A DNA stretch of 64,000 nucleotides from an uncultured Eubacteriales bacterium (GTDB lineage: Bacteria > Bacillota > Clostridia > Peptostreptococcales > Anaerovoracaceae), in contig ONJG01000013.1 of the NCBI GenBank assembly GCA_900318105.1, positions 5,089 to 69,088 on the forward strand. Reading direction: 5' to 3'. Positions 1-9,302 of the stretch are shown here, piece by piece. The notes under the pieces were generated by a model, which was not told the origin of the DNA, made no database searches, and saw only the letters and a list, made by a program, of their open reading frames with translations. The first letter of the stretch is position 1. Each line of letters begins with the position of its first letter. The translations under genes were made by a program, and so were the position numbers.

Positions 1-485
1 ATACCGTACGAATCGGGTCCGCTTGTAATTGCTCGTCCGAAATCAATTGATACTTCGTCTCCGAGAAGCCTTGCTGCTGCAATCTCATATCTCGCATCGC
101 GTACGGATAATTCTTCTCCGTTCTTTTCGTCCTTTGCATTGTGCTCTATGGCATACCAGTTTCTGAATTTGTATATATCCTTTGCAAGTTCAGATACATC
201 CTCATCATTCATTTCCTCCGGTACCAGAGCCGATATATTTCTTTTAAAGGAATCAACTATGATGTAAAGCTCTGTCTCATCATCAGGGATATTTCCGAGA
301 AAGCTTTCAAAAAAGCTGTCTACATGATCAGAGAGCAGCTCTGCATCGGCATGCGACAGAACTTCTTTTATGAGTTCTTCTTCTATGTGTTCTTCCTCCT
401 CGATAAGAGCATCGAAGTTCTCATAGAATCTGAACTCTTCGGGACTTTCTATATCAAGTTTTTCAAAAAGTCTGTCTCTGTCCAT
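1..485 (-). CDS. hypothetical acidic protein (N-terminal part only; the 3' end lies beyond the window start)
   Basis: The reverse-strand frame is open from the ATG at 485 to the window edge. My manual translation reads MDRDRLFEKLDIESPEEFRFYENFDALIEEEEHIEEELIKEVLSHADAELL.... The stop codon is outside the window, so the ORF track does not list it. I recognise no family. Confidence 0.55.
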   Translation of the reverse strand, partial: MDRDRLFEKLDIESPEEFRFYENFDALIEEEEHIEEELIKEVLSHADAELLSDHVDSFFESFLGNIPDDETELYIIVDSFKRNISALVPEEMNDEDVSELAKDIYKFRNWYAIEHNAKDEKNGEELSVRDARYEIAAARLLGDEVSIDFGRAITSGPDSYG

Positions 486-575
486 TATGTTCCTAAATCA
501 GTCTCATTTATGTTATAATTTCCGACGGAATATTATAACACAGAGACCGTAGTTTTTGAACACTGAGAGGATATT

Positions 576-1379
576 ATGCCACTGAAGACATTTGTATTCT
601 GCAACAAGAAATATTCATCCATTGCAGTTTACGACAATCTGATTAACATACTGAAAGACCGGGGACACGAAGTACTCGATGAATACAGAGAGGACGCCGA
701 TCTTCTTATCTGCATAGGCGGTGACGGCACGTTTCTGAGCTTTGCACACAAATGCGCATTTCCATCCGCACCAATACTCGGAATTAACACCGGACACCTG
801 GGGTTTTTCCAGGAATCTTCCGCAAACAACCTCGAGGCAACTGTTTCCGATATAGAGTCCGGCAATTACAAAATCCAGAACATTAAGCCCGTAAGCGCGA
901 GGATAATAGCCAGGGACCGCGAGTTTACCAGGATCGGTATCAATGAAATCGTAGTTCGCGGCACCTACTCTCACAGCTCGCATTTTTCGGTTTCCATTGC
1001 GGAGACGAAAATACAGGATTTCTCGGGAGACGGCATACTTGTGGCCACTGCAGTCGGCTCCACAGCATACAACTATTCTCTCGGAGGCTCGCTGGTTTCC
1101 CCTGATCTTAATGTCCTCCAGCTCACACCGATAGCTCCGATGAATACAAATGCGTACAGAAGCTTTAAGTCAAGCATACTGCTTCCTGCAACAGACACCA
1201 TTACAATACGGGGAACAGGCCGCAGCACAGGCGGCACCGCATTGATATCTTTTGACGGCAGGACACACGAGTTCAACAATGTTGAATATATAGAGATATC
1301 CCAGTCCGAACACGAAATTCATCTGATCAGACAGGACTCCTACGACTACTGGAACAAACTGAGCAGCAAATTGCTGTAA
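576..1379 (+). CDS. nadK: NAD kinase
   Basis: 267-aa ORF with the GGDGTFL motif (ICIGGDGTFLSF) and TAYNYSLGG, both typical of the PpnK/NadK family. Confidence 0.93.
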   Translation: MPLKTFVFCNKKYSSIAVYDNLINILKDRGHEVLDEYREDADLLICIGGDGTFLSFAHKCAFPSAPILGINTGHLGFFQESSANNLEATVSDIESGNYKIQNIKPVSARIIARDREFTRIGINEIVVRGTYSHSSHFSVSIAETKIQDFSGDGILVATAVGSTAYNYSLGGSLVSPDLNVLQLTPIAPMNTNAYRSFKSSILLPATDTITIRGTGRSTGGTALISFDGRTHEFNNVEYIEISQSEHEIHLIRQDSYDYWNKLSSKLL

Positions 1380-1384
1380 GATAC

Positions 1385-2296
1385 ATGGCTATTTCCAAAT
1401 ACGAGCATAAAGTCACGGCCGATGAGGTCGGCCTTACAATCAATCAAATACTGAAACGCAATTACAATTTCTCCGTCAGGTTCAAGACCAAGATGAAGTA
1501 TCAGTCTCTGGTGGATTTAAACGGAGAAATAACCAAAGGATATATAAAGCCCGCCGAAGGAGACATAATCTCTGTCAGGCTGCCTGAAGAATCAAGCGAC
1601 TTTCCTCCCGAGGATATTCCACTCGATATCATCTATGAGGATGACGATATTATAGTCATCAACAAGCAGCCCGGCATCATAGTCCACCCTACCAAGGGAC
1701 ATCCCTATCACACCATTGCAAACGGAATAATGAAATACATGGCTGATACCGGCCAGTCCTTTAAAGTGCGATTTGCCAACCGCATAGATATGGATACCTC
1801 CGGCATTATTATCGTGGCCAAGAATTCAAATGCGCAAAATGAGCTATCATCTCAGATGAGACGCGGCACTGTTGTAAAGAAATACATCGCCCTCGTCGAA
1901 GGAGATGTGACAGAAGATCATTTTGAAATCGACCTTCCGATCGGAAGACCTGGAGAAATATCCATACAGCGTGCCGTAATGGATGTTGCGGACGGCGGAA
2001 AAGAAGCTCTCAGCGAAGTTAAGGTGCTTGAGAGATATCATTCAAAAGAGTATGGAGACTTCAGCCTTGTTGAGGTCACTCTACACACCGGCCGCACCCA
2101 TCAGATAAGAGTTCACCTGTCTTCAATCGGCCACCCCATAGCAGGAGATGAATTATACGGCGGCAGCACCGGGCTCATATCACGTCAGGCCCTGCATGCC
2201 TGCTTTATTGAATTCAATCATCCTTTTTCCAATGAACGTATATCCTTTACTTCCGATATTCCCAAAGATATTAAAGCTACTGTAAAAATATTATAA
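1385..2296 (+). CDS. rluD: RluA-family rRNA pseudouridine synthase (RluD-like)
   Basis: 303-aa ORF with an S4-like N-terminus. It has the catalytic loop NRIDMDTSGIIIVAKN and the HQIRVHL motif. Confidence 0.9.
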   Translation: MAISKYEHKVTADEVGLTINQILKRNYNFSVRFKTKMKYQSLVDLNGEITKGYIKPAEGDIISVRLPEESSDFPPEDIPLDIIYEDDDIIVINKQPGIIVHPTKGHPYHTIANGIMKYMADTGQSFKVRFANRIDMDTSGIIIVAKNSNAQNELSSQMRRGTVVKKYIALVEGDVTEDHFEIDLPIGRPGEISIQRAVMDVADGGKEALSEVKVLERYHSKEYGDFSLVEVTLHTGRTHQIRVHLSSIGHPIAGDELYGGSTGLISRQALHACFIEFNHPFSNERISFTSDIPKDIKATVKIL

Positions 2297-2386
2297 AAAC
2301 AGATAGACAAGCGAGCGTTGAGCGGTTCGTTAGAATTCTCGAAAAGAATTCAACGGTTCGCGAACAGCGAGCGGTCTATCTGTTTT
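2296..2386. terminator. candidate bidirectional terminator or complex palindromic element between convergent rluD and pheT
   Basis: A perfect 13-bp inverted repeat: aaaacagatagac (2296-2308) and gtctatctgtttt (2374-2386). The arms are separated by 65 nt and flanked by A/T runs. Inside there is a GAATTC...GAATTC mini-hairpin. Confidence 0.45.
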
Positions 2387-2398
2387 ATAATTTGTAAA

Positions 2399-4819
2399 TC
2401 AGCGCAGTTCTGCTCCTACTTTGTTTCCGAGGACCTTGATGATTCCGTTCATCTTCTTGTCTATCTGTTTGGACGTCATAGTGGAGTCGTCGTTTCCTAT
2501 CTTGAGGCTGAGCATGACGGATTTCTTACCTTCCGGTATCTGCTCTCCCCTGTAGACCTCGACAAAGTGAAGTTCCTTGACCATGTACTTGATGGCTTCA
2601 CTTATGTCCTCCCATTTTACGGACTCATCTACCAGGAGCGACAGATCCTGCTCTACAAGCGGATACTGCGGCAGATGAACGAACTCGTTGGTCCTTGACG
2701 GATAAGGCTTGAGAATGTCCGAATCGAGTTCAAATACAGCAAGCTGCATATTCTTTACACCTGATTCGGAAAGCGTCTTGACCGATACAAGCCCGACCGA
2801 ACCGACCGTTTCTTTACCACTCATTACATTAAGCCATACCTTATCATCCGCCCATGATGGTTTTTCCTTCTGCTTAAAGCTCAGTTCTTCACAGTGGCAG
2901 TAAGAAGCGAGATTTTCGATCACACCTTTTACTCTGTAGAAAAGTGCAGCTGCATCCTTACCTGCGGATGCTCCCGAGATGTAATTTTTATGAACCGGCA
3001 ATGTCTCTTCCTCAGTTGACGGATGATATTCACCCGGTGCAAATACCTGCGCTGATTCGAAGATATCGAATTCATCGAAATACCTCTCGTTTTTGACTGT
3101 AGACTCAAGCATGCCAGGAACAAGTGAAGGCCTCAGCATCCCGAGTTCGGGAGCCGGTGGAGTGGCAAGTTTGATACATGCATCATCAGCAAATCCCGCT
3201 GCGTGGATGTATTTTTCATCAATCCACGGATATGTGAATACTTCATTATATCCGCATCTGAAAGCCAGATATTCTTTAATCTTCCTGCTCAGATCGACCT
3301 TGACCTGATTAACCGAAGAATCAAAGCTAATTTTCAGCGGCTGCTTCTTGAAGTACTCATATCCGATAAGCCTTGCGATATCTCCGAGTATGTCGTCGTG
3401 TATTGAAACATCACCGGTGGATCTCCATGTCGGAGCTATGCAGTGATATGTTCCGTTATCGAATCTGACTTCATATCCGAGTCTTGTGAGTATATCCTCT
3501 ATTTCAGATCTTTCGAGCACCTCACCGAGCCTTCTGTCGAGGAATTCCTGTGTGATGTCTATAACTGCATTCTCTGTCTTTACGGGATAGCAGTCGGTAA
3601 ATGCCGTGATTTTGCACTCAGGATAAATCTCCTTGAAAAGAGACAGTGCCATATTGACTCCGAGGTTGGCTCTTTGAGTGTCAATGCCCTTTTCATATCT
3701 CAAAGCTGCATCGGTCTTTTCATTGAAATATGCGGTCGTCCTTCTGATTCCCGGCGCTGTGAATACCGCACACTCTAGAATAATGGAATTCGTGCTGTCC
3801 AGTACCGAATCGTCTTTTCCGCCCTTGATACCCGCGAGGTTAAGAGGATGCTCTGCATCGCATATTACGAGATGATCGTTTGTAAGGTCCAGATCCTTCT
3901 CATCGAGCAGCACCAGCTGTTCGCCGTCCTTTGCAAGCCTTACGATGATTTCCTCACCTTTTACGTGAGTGCTGTCATATGCGTGCTGCGGCTGGCCTAC
4001 AGCCATAAGAACGAAGTTTGTAATATCCACAAGCGCATTGATGGGCCTCATGCCTGCGTTTGTGATAAGGGTCTTCATCCACTGCGGAGATTCTTTGACG
4101 CAGACATTGTCAATTTTGGCAGCTGTGAATCTCGGGCATCTGTCCGGCTCCTCAATGGTAACCTTGTACTCCGGAAGTCCTTCCGGCAGAGCAGTATCAA
4201 GTTCCTTAAGCGGTACCTTATAAATGGCAGCAAGTTCTCTTGCGACACCGTAGTGTCCCCAGAGATCCGGCCTGTTTGAAAGGGATTTATTATCCACTTC
4301 AAGGATAACATCGTCCATTCCCATCACTTCAGCGATATTCTGACCGACTTTGCAGTCTATTCCGAGCTCGGTGAAATCTGTTATCTCTCTCACATCGTTA
4401 GTGGCGATAACATCTCCAAGGTAAACTTCACTCGGAGAGCATATCATGCCGTACGAAGACTCGCCGCGAAGCTTGGTTTCCTTGAGAAGTACGGGTTCGC
4501 CCTCGCCGTGCCATACAACTTCGGAGCCCGGCTTTGCAACGCATACCTTATGTCCTTCCGTGAGATTGCTGCCTCCGCATACAATCTGCTTCAGGTCACT
4601 CTCTCCGACATCCACCATGCATATTCTGAGTGCATCTGCATTCGGATGAGCCTTTACTTCCTTTATCTCTCCCACAACTATGTCGTGGAATTTGTCTGCC
4701 GTATTGATTACATCTTCGACCTCAACAGTCCTCATCGTGAGGTCATAAGCTATCTGTTCGTAAGTGAGATCTTTGGGAAGATCCACATATCTCTGTAAGA
4801 ATTTAAGTGAAATATTCAT
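2399..4819 (-). CDS. pheT: phenylalanine--tRNA ligase beta subunit
   Basis: 806-aa ORF with an N-terminal tRNA-binding OB domain (VVGEIKEVKAHPNADALRICMVDVG), a B3/4-B5 core and an FDX-ACB-like C-terminus. It lies directly downstream of pheS. Confidence 0.96.
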   Translation of the reverse strand: MNISLKFLQRYVDLPKDLTYEQIAYDLTMRTVEVEDVINTADKFHDIVVGEIKEVKAHPNADALRICMVDVGESDLKQIVCGGSNLTEGHKVCVAKPGSEVVWHGEGEPVLLKETKLRGESSYGMICSPSEVYLGDVIATNDVREITDFTELGIDCKVGQNIAEVMGMDDVILEVDNKSLSNRPDLWGHYGVARELAAIYKVPLKELDTALPEGLPEYKVTIEEPDRCPRFTAAKIDNVCVKESPQWMKTLITNAGMRPINALVDITNFVLMAVGQPQHAYDSTHVKGEEIIVRLAKDGEQLVLLDEKDLDLTNDHLVICDAEHPLNLAGIKGGKDDSVLDSTNSIILECAVFTAPGIRRTTAYFNEKTDAALRYEKGIDTQRANLGVNMALSLFKEIYPECKITAFTDCYPVKTENAVIDITQEFLDRRLGEVLERSEIEDILTRLGYEVRFDNGTYHCIAPTWRSTGDVSIHDDILGDIARLIGYEYFKKQPLKISFDSSVNQVKVDLSRKIKEYLAFRCGYNEVFTYPWIDEKYIHAAGFADDACIKLATPPAPELGMLRPSLVPGMLESTVKNERYFDEFDIFESAQVFAPGEYHPSTEEETLPVHKNYISGASAGKDAAALFYRVKGVIENLASYCHCEELSFKQKEKPSWADDKVWLNVMSGKETVGSVGLVSVKTLSESGVKNMQLAVFELDSDILKPYPSRTNEFVHLPQYPLVEQDLSLLVDESVKWEDISEAIKYMVKELHFVEVYRGEQIPEGKKSVMLSLKIGNDDSTMTSKQIDKKMNGIIKVLGNKVGAELR

Positions 4820-4834
4820 AGCCCGCCTCCCTTT

Positions 4835-5872
4835 CTATTTGAACTGTTTTAGGAATCTGAGATCTGCGCTGTGGAAGAGTCTTACATCATCCACGCCGTA
4901 TCTCATCATTACGAGTCTGTCGAGTCCTATGTTGGTATAGAAACCTGTCCACTCATCAGGATCGAGATTTGCGGCTCTGAGCACGTTCGGATGAATGACT
5001 CCGCCAGGCATTACTTCAATCCATCCCGCGTGGTTGCAGGCCTTGCAGCCCTCTCCACCGCAGAGCAGGCATTCCATGTCTATCTCATATCCCGGCTCCG
5101 TAAATGGGAAGAATCCTTCTCTCATCCTGACATTGACCTTGCGGCCGAATACCTTTTCCAGAATGGTCTCGATCATAACACGGCCCGAACTGAATGATAC
5201 ATCCTTGTCCACGATAAGAGCCTCGTACTGGAAGAATGCCCTCTCGTGTCTTGCATCTGTTGTTTCATTTCTGTATACCCTGACCGGATATACGAATCTC
5301 GCAGGTGCACCGTGCTCCAGGAGATATCTGACAGAACCTCCGGTAAGATGCGGCCTTAGGCAGAGTCTTTCATTACCCCTTTTATCCTCTGTACCCTCGA
5401 GCCAGTATGTATCCATGGAGGCTCTTGCCGGATGATCCGCTGCGAAGTTCAGATTATCGAATGCGAATTTTTCACTGCTGATATCATCCTCTGAATATAT
5501 TTCAAATCCAAGAGATCTGAATGCATCATTCAGGTCATAGCACATCTGTGTTATCGGATGAAGAGCCCCTCTCTTTATATCCGTTCCCGGCAGAGTAAGG
5601 TCCAGTTCTCCCTCAACTGCAGATGCCGATGCAACCAGCTCTTTTTCTCTTTCCTGAATCTTCTCAGCAAACAGGTTTTTGATCTCGTTGGCTTTTTGTC
5701 CCACGGACTTTCTCATGTCCGGTTCAAGTCCACCGAGACTCTTAAGTACCTCCTGCAGAGCGCTTTTCTTTCCTGTAAGTTCCTTGCGGACGGATTCAAG
5801 TTCAGCTGAGTCTGATGCTGCTGCAATTTTCGAAAATCCTTCTTCGCGGATGCCTTCCAGTCTGTCCAACAT
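4835..5872 (-). CDS. pheS: phenylalanine--tRNA ligase alpha subunit
   Basis: Class II aaRS motifs are present (ADHPARASMDT, FRNE-like YRNETTDARH, GLDRLVMMRYG). The ORF-track start at 5893 is a TTG. The ATG at 5872 has AAGGAGG 7 nt upstream, so I prefer it. Confidence 0.94.
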   Translation of the reverse strand: MLDRLEGIREEGFSKIAAASDSAELESVRKELTGKKSALQEVLKSLGGLEPDMRKSVGQKANEIKNLFAEKIQEREKELVASASAVEGELDLTLPGTDIKRGALHPITQMCYDLNDAFRSLGFEIYSEDDISSEKFAFDNLNFAADHPARASMDTYWLEGTEDKRGNERLCLRPHLTGGSVRYLLEHGAPARFVYPVRVYRNETTDARHERAFFQYEALIVDKDVSFSSGRVMIETILEKVFGRKVNVRMREGFFPFTEPGYEIDMECLLCGGEGCKACNHAGWIEVMPGGVIHPNVLRAANLDPDEWTGFYTNIGLDRLVMMRYGVDDVRLFHSADLRFLKQFK

Positions 5873-5889
5873 CTCTATGTCCTCCTTTA

Positions 5890-7008
5890 TCAATCTTCAA
5901 ACAGTCCGCTTTTACGGACCATTCCATATCCTGTGTAAATTTTTGCTTTTTCTTTTCCTCTGAGTACTCTCAGGGCTCCTGCGCACATTGCTTCCTGCTC
6001 CACTTCATTTTCATATACATATACGGGAGCAATCCATTCAGTATATTGTTTTATATAGTCGATGAGACTTGAGAATCTCGTATATCTTCCTGTGATAAGA
6101 ATTCCGTCTACGCTTCCTTTAAGAACGGTAGCCATGGATCCTATGTATTTCACGATATTATAGCACAGCGCATCCCACACAAGCTTAGCATCCTCATCTC
6201 CTGCCATAACCCTCTCATAAACCTCATCGGCATCGGATGTTCCGAAATGCGATACGAAGCCGCCTGTACCGGTGCACAGATGCCTCATCTCTTCCGTGCT
6301 GTGCCCGTTATCGAAATAATCAAGCACTTCCATGAGCGGAAGAGACCCTGTTCGTGTGGCCGTAAAGGGTCCCTCGCCTCCGGCTCCCTGATTGCAGTCA
6401 ATCTGCCTGCCGTTTTCATGGGCGGCTATTGTGATTCCCCCGTCTATGTGAGCAACGACGAGTTTTGAACACTTATAGTCCATATTGCGCAGTTTGCAAT
6501 GCTTCATTGCTGTGCCTCTGAGATTAAGAGCATGTGACTCGGTGCGCCTTTGTATCTCCTTAACTCCGGTAACTCTCGCCACATCCGTGTACTCATCGAC
6601 GCATATGGGGTCTACCATAAACAGTCTCCCGCCATATCTCTGCTGCAGCTCATACGCAAGCTGCACACCGAGTATGGACGGGTGTATGGTCCTCCCTACG
6701 TTATTTCTTATATCACTCAGCAACAGGTCATTTACCTCGAATGTGCCCGACGGAACAGGATAGCAGCCGCCTCCTCTTCCGACAATTGCATCAAGGTCCG
6801 CAAGATCGAGATTATTTTCTTCGATCAGATTGTTTATCACATCCAGCCTGTATCCCAGCTGGTCATTTACATTATCAAATGAATTGAGAACAGCAGCATC
6901 ATGGCTGACAGACTCCTCATATATCCTGCAGTCGTCCTCAAACAGAGCAACTTTGGTTGATGTAGATCCCGGATTAACAACGAAAACTCTGAATTTATTG
7001 TCTCTCAT
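5890..7008 (-). CDS. buk: butyrate kinase
   Basis: 372-aa ORF with the N-terminus FRVFVVNPGSTSTKVALFED and an ASKHA-fold layout typical of butyrate kinases. Confidence 0.92.
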   Translation of the reverse strand: MRDNKFRVFVVNPGSTSTKVALFEDDCRIYEESVSHDAAVLNSFDNVNDQLGYRLDVINNLIEENNLDLADLDAIVGRGGGCYPVPSGTFEVNDLLLSDIRNNVGRTIHPSILGVQLAYELQQRYGGRLFMVDPICVDEYTDVARVTGVKEIQRRTESHALNLRGTAMKHCKLRNMDYKCSKLVVAHIDGGITIAAHENGRQIDCNQGAGGEGPFTATRTGSLPLMEVLDYFDNGHSTEEMRHLCTGTGGFVSHFGTSDADEVYERVMAGDEDAKLVWDALCYNIVKYIGSMATVLKGSVDGILITGRYTRFSSLIDYIKQYTEWIAPVYVYENEVEQEAMCAGALRVLRGKEKAKIYTGYGMVRKSGLFED

Positions 7009-7043
7009 TCTGTTCCTACTCTCCGATTGGTCTTAAATTATAT

Positions 7044-7071
7044 AAAAACGGTGGTCTGTTCAGAGCCACCG
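7044..7071 (-). terminator. rho-independent terminator after the secG / PPase-like gene pair
   Basis: The minus-strand RNA reads cggugg-c-ucu gaac aga-ccaccg, followed by UUUUU (the plus-strand A-run at 7044-7048). Confidence 0.6.
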
Positions 7072-7108
7072 CTGCGATATCATCTTCGATGTGCTCTGAA
7101 TTCAGGTA

Positions 7109-8923
7109 TCAGAAAAACATACCTCCGAACTCTATAAAGGCAGGTGTGAATGCGATGGCCACGGCTGTCATGATTTTAATCACGGAGCCAAGCGCATCAC
7201 AGGCTATTCTGTCGTAATACCTTCCTGTATTGTTGAATGCAAAGATAAAAGCCATGCCTGTTACTATGCAAGCTCCGATAAAGCCTATAAGACAATCAAC
7301 ACCCATTACAAATCCGACTGTCAATGGTGCCGCTATGGCAAACACTTCAAGTATAATATTGCCTCTGACAGATGTGATGTTTCTGTACTCTTCTGCACTT
7401 TCTCCGGCATAATCAAGCATCGAAATAGTGCTGAGTATCACGGACCTGATAAGGAAGCCCATAAAAACAAGAATAATCACGGTGCCGAATATCATACCAC
7501 CGAAAACAACGGGATTTGACAGATCAACCATTTCCCTTCCGGACTTGAAAGTAACAGACATGAGAAGTGCCGTAAGCGTCAAAGATGCAGCTACAGCTGA
7601 GTAGGCTCTTCCGGTAGCTTTGGCCTTTGCAGATGTATGTCTGAGAATATTGTAATAGCCTGTATTATCCTCCGCGCTGTCATCGTATGACATGGCAAAT
7701 GAACAGGATGCCGAAGTAGTTGTGGCATATTCCCTTACGGCGGTATTAACTGCCGCAATTGAACTAACCCCTACGGCCGCAAGCGCAACACCGTACTCCG
7801 TTGCTATGCTGTATGAAAGCACGATGGCAATTATCGTAAACAGAGCCGGAACGAAAGAGCTTATAAGTCCTACTGAAAGTCCGTGAAGCATGGGGACGTC
7901 TATATCTTCGTCTTTTGTCTTTGGGAGATTCCTTCTGAAAACATCAGCATCCATGGAGAAATATTTGCAAAACTCTCCGGACAAAAGCTGTGCGAGTATA
8001 CCAAAGCCTATACAATATGAGTATGAACGTGAGCCCAGGATTTCAATGCTGAAATATACGGATGCTGCAAACAGCAATACTCCTGAAACAAAACTACCCG
8101 CGGTAAACCCAAGATCAGATCTCTTGCCTGTTGCTGCCCTGAAAGCAAAAATGCCGACGACGGAGGCAACGATGCCTGCTCCCATTATAAGCAATGGATA
8201 CTTTGCAGCCGCACTTACGGTAAATGTTGAAGCAACGCCGGATGAATCAACACCGACTTCGGCCAGCAGAACTGCCGAGCAGACGGCAAGAAGAAATGTC
8301 ACGGCGAAATCCGAACCGACTGCAGCATATGCACCGTTATAGTCGATATTATTTTCGTTTGTTTCCGAGAGCTTGTGTGCAGAAGTGAGTATGGCTCCGG
8401 ACAATCTTATAATAACCCCTGAAATAGCCGCACCCAGGACAAAGCCTTCGGCAACATTAACGAATTCTTCCTGTTTGAACAGATACAAAAGGATGCTCAG
8501 AACTGCGAGCCCTGTTGTAACGATGGTGATGCCCATTACAGCTCCGCCTCTGAAAGATGACCTGAGGCCGCTTTTTATATCACCGTCGGCAAGTATTGAT
8601 GAGCTTGAAATGGTTGCGGAAGCAAAGCTCCTCGATCCGAGAAATACTGAACCAAAGCTGGTCAGTGCTCCTGCTATATATGCCGTAACGGATGAAGTGC
8701 CGGAGCCTATACCAAATCCATAAATCAGGCCGACGACAATAACGGTAATTGAAGCGGGTAAAATCTGAGCACTCCAAAATTCGCTGTACTTCTCGAGTGT
8801 GGCAGTGTAAACATCGGAAGCAATCCTGTTATTGCCGTGATGTCTTCTGAGCCAGGACTCGATTGATACAGCGCTTAAGATTCCGAACAGTACGCAAGCA
8901 AGTGTAACAACTTTTTCAAGCAT
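7109..8923 (-). CDS. membrane-integral pyrophosphatase (HppA/M-PPase) homolog with degenerate catalytic motifs
   Basis: 604-aa polytopic membrane ORF. It keeps M-PPase-like segments (SSFRGGAVMGITIV, NNTGRYYDR, VIKIMTAVAIAF). It lacks the [18 protein letters not shown] and GDTxGDPxKDT motifs. Confidence 0.7.
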   Translation of the reverse strand: MLEKVVTLACVLFGILSAVSIESWLRRHHGNNRIASDVYTATLEKYSEFWSAQILPASITVIVVGLIYGFGIGSGTSSVTAYIAGALTSFGSVFLGSRSFASATISSSSILADGDIKSGLRSSFRGGAVMGITIVTTGLAVLSILLYLFKQEEFVNVAEGFVLGAAISGVIIRLSGAILTSAHKLSETNENNIDYNGAYAAVGSDFAVTFLLAVCSAVLLAEVGVDSSGVASTFTVSAAAKYPLLIMGAGIVASVVGIFAFRAATGKRSDLGFTAGSFVSGVLLFAASVYFSIEILGSRSYSYCIGFGILAQLLSGEFCKYFSMDADVFRRNLPKTKDEDIDVPMLHGLSVGLISSFVPALFTIIAIVLSYSIATEYGVALAAVGVSSIAAVNTAVREYATTTSASCSFAMSYDDSAEDNTGYYNILRHTSAKAKATGRAYSAVAASLTLTALLMSVTFKSGREMVDLSNPVVFGGMIFGTVIILVFMGFLIRSVILSTISMLDYAGESAEEYRNITSVRGNIILEVFAIAAPLTVGFVMGVDCLIGFIGACIVTGMAFIFAFNNTGRYYDRIACDALGSVIKIMTAVAIAFTPAFIEFGGMFF

Positions 8924-8956
8924 GTGAAGTCTCCTGCTATTGCTGTTTCGGACGCC

Positions 8957-9190
8957 TTAGTTAAAGACAGCTACTATAACAAGTGAAAGAATGATGTAGA
9001 TTACGGCGCAAACCGTTGTAATTCTGGAGAGAAGAGCATCATATCCTCTGCTCTTTTTCTTTCCGAAAAGCTGCTCTGCTCCGCCGGCGATGGAACCTGA
9101 AAGACCATCGCTGTTACCGGACTGCAAGAGAATGCTGGCTATAAGCACCAGGCTTGCGAGTAAAAGTACTACCATCAGAAATGTATGCAT
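8957..9190 (-). CDS. secG: preprotein translocase subunit SecG
   Basis: The sequence MHTFLMVVLLLASLVLIASILLQSGNSDGLSGSIAGGAEQLFGKKKSRG is a typical SecG. The ATG at 9190 is preceded by GGAGG. The ORF-track start at 9202 overlaps that RBS. Confidence 0.88.
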   Translation of the reverse strand: MHTFLMVVLLLASLVLIASILLQSGNSDGLSGSIAGGAEQLFGKKKSRGYDALLSRITTVCAVIYIILSLVIVAVFN

Positions 9191-9219
9191 AATTACCTCC
9201 AAACGTAATTTGTTCTTTT

Positions 9220-9253
9220 AAAAAGCGCCCGATTTACCGAAAATCGAACGCTT
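9220..9253 (-). terminator. rho-independent terminator downstream of tpiA
   Basis: The 13-bp stem forms fully only on the minus-strand RNA (aagcguucgauuu / aaaucgggcgcuu, with two G-U pairs), followed by a U-run. This strand specificity supports the call. Confidence 0.6.
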
Positions 9254-9254
9254 T

Positions 9255-9284
9255 ATAGTACCACCATTTGACTTGACGTGTCAA
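9255..9284 (-). promoter_or_regulatory. possible sigma-A-type promoter for secG, abutting the tpiA terminator
   Basis: On the minus strand: TTGACA (9279-9284), an 18-nt spacer, then TACTAT (9255-9260). The predicted start falls inside the 5' arm of the terminator hairpin. Uncertain. Confidence 0.35.
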
Positions 9285-9302
9285 TTAAAATGGAGCGTGC
9301 TA

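Noticed and set aside
141-518. A 125-aa plus-strand ORF at the window start.
   Set aside because: It is antisense to a better reverse-strand frame that runs from a clean ATG at 485 to the window edge. The plus-frame product is Phe/Ile/Tyr-rich junk.
2318-2698. A 126-aa plus-strand ORF starting in the rluD-pheT spacer.
   Set aside because: It begins inside the palindromic terminator element and runs antisense into the 3' end of pheT. It has no RBS.
7037-7042. A TATAAT immediately after the terminator, considered as the buk promoter.
   Set aside because: No acceptable -35 lies at 16-18 nt; that region is the terminator stem. It is plausible as a -10 but unsupported, so I did not list it as a feature.
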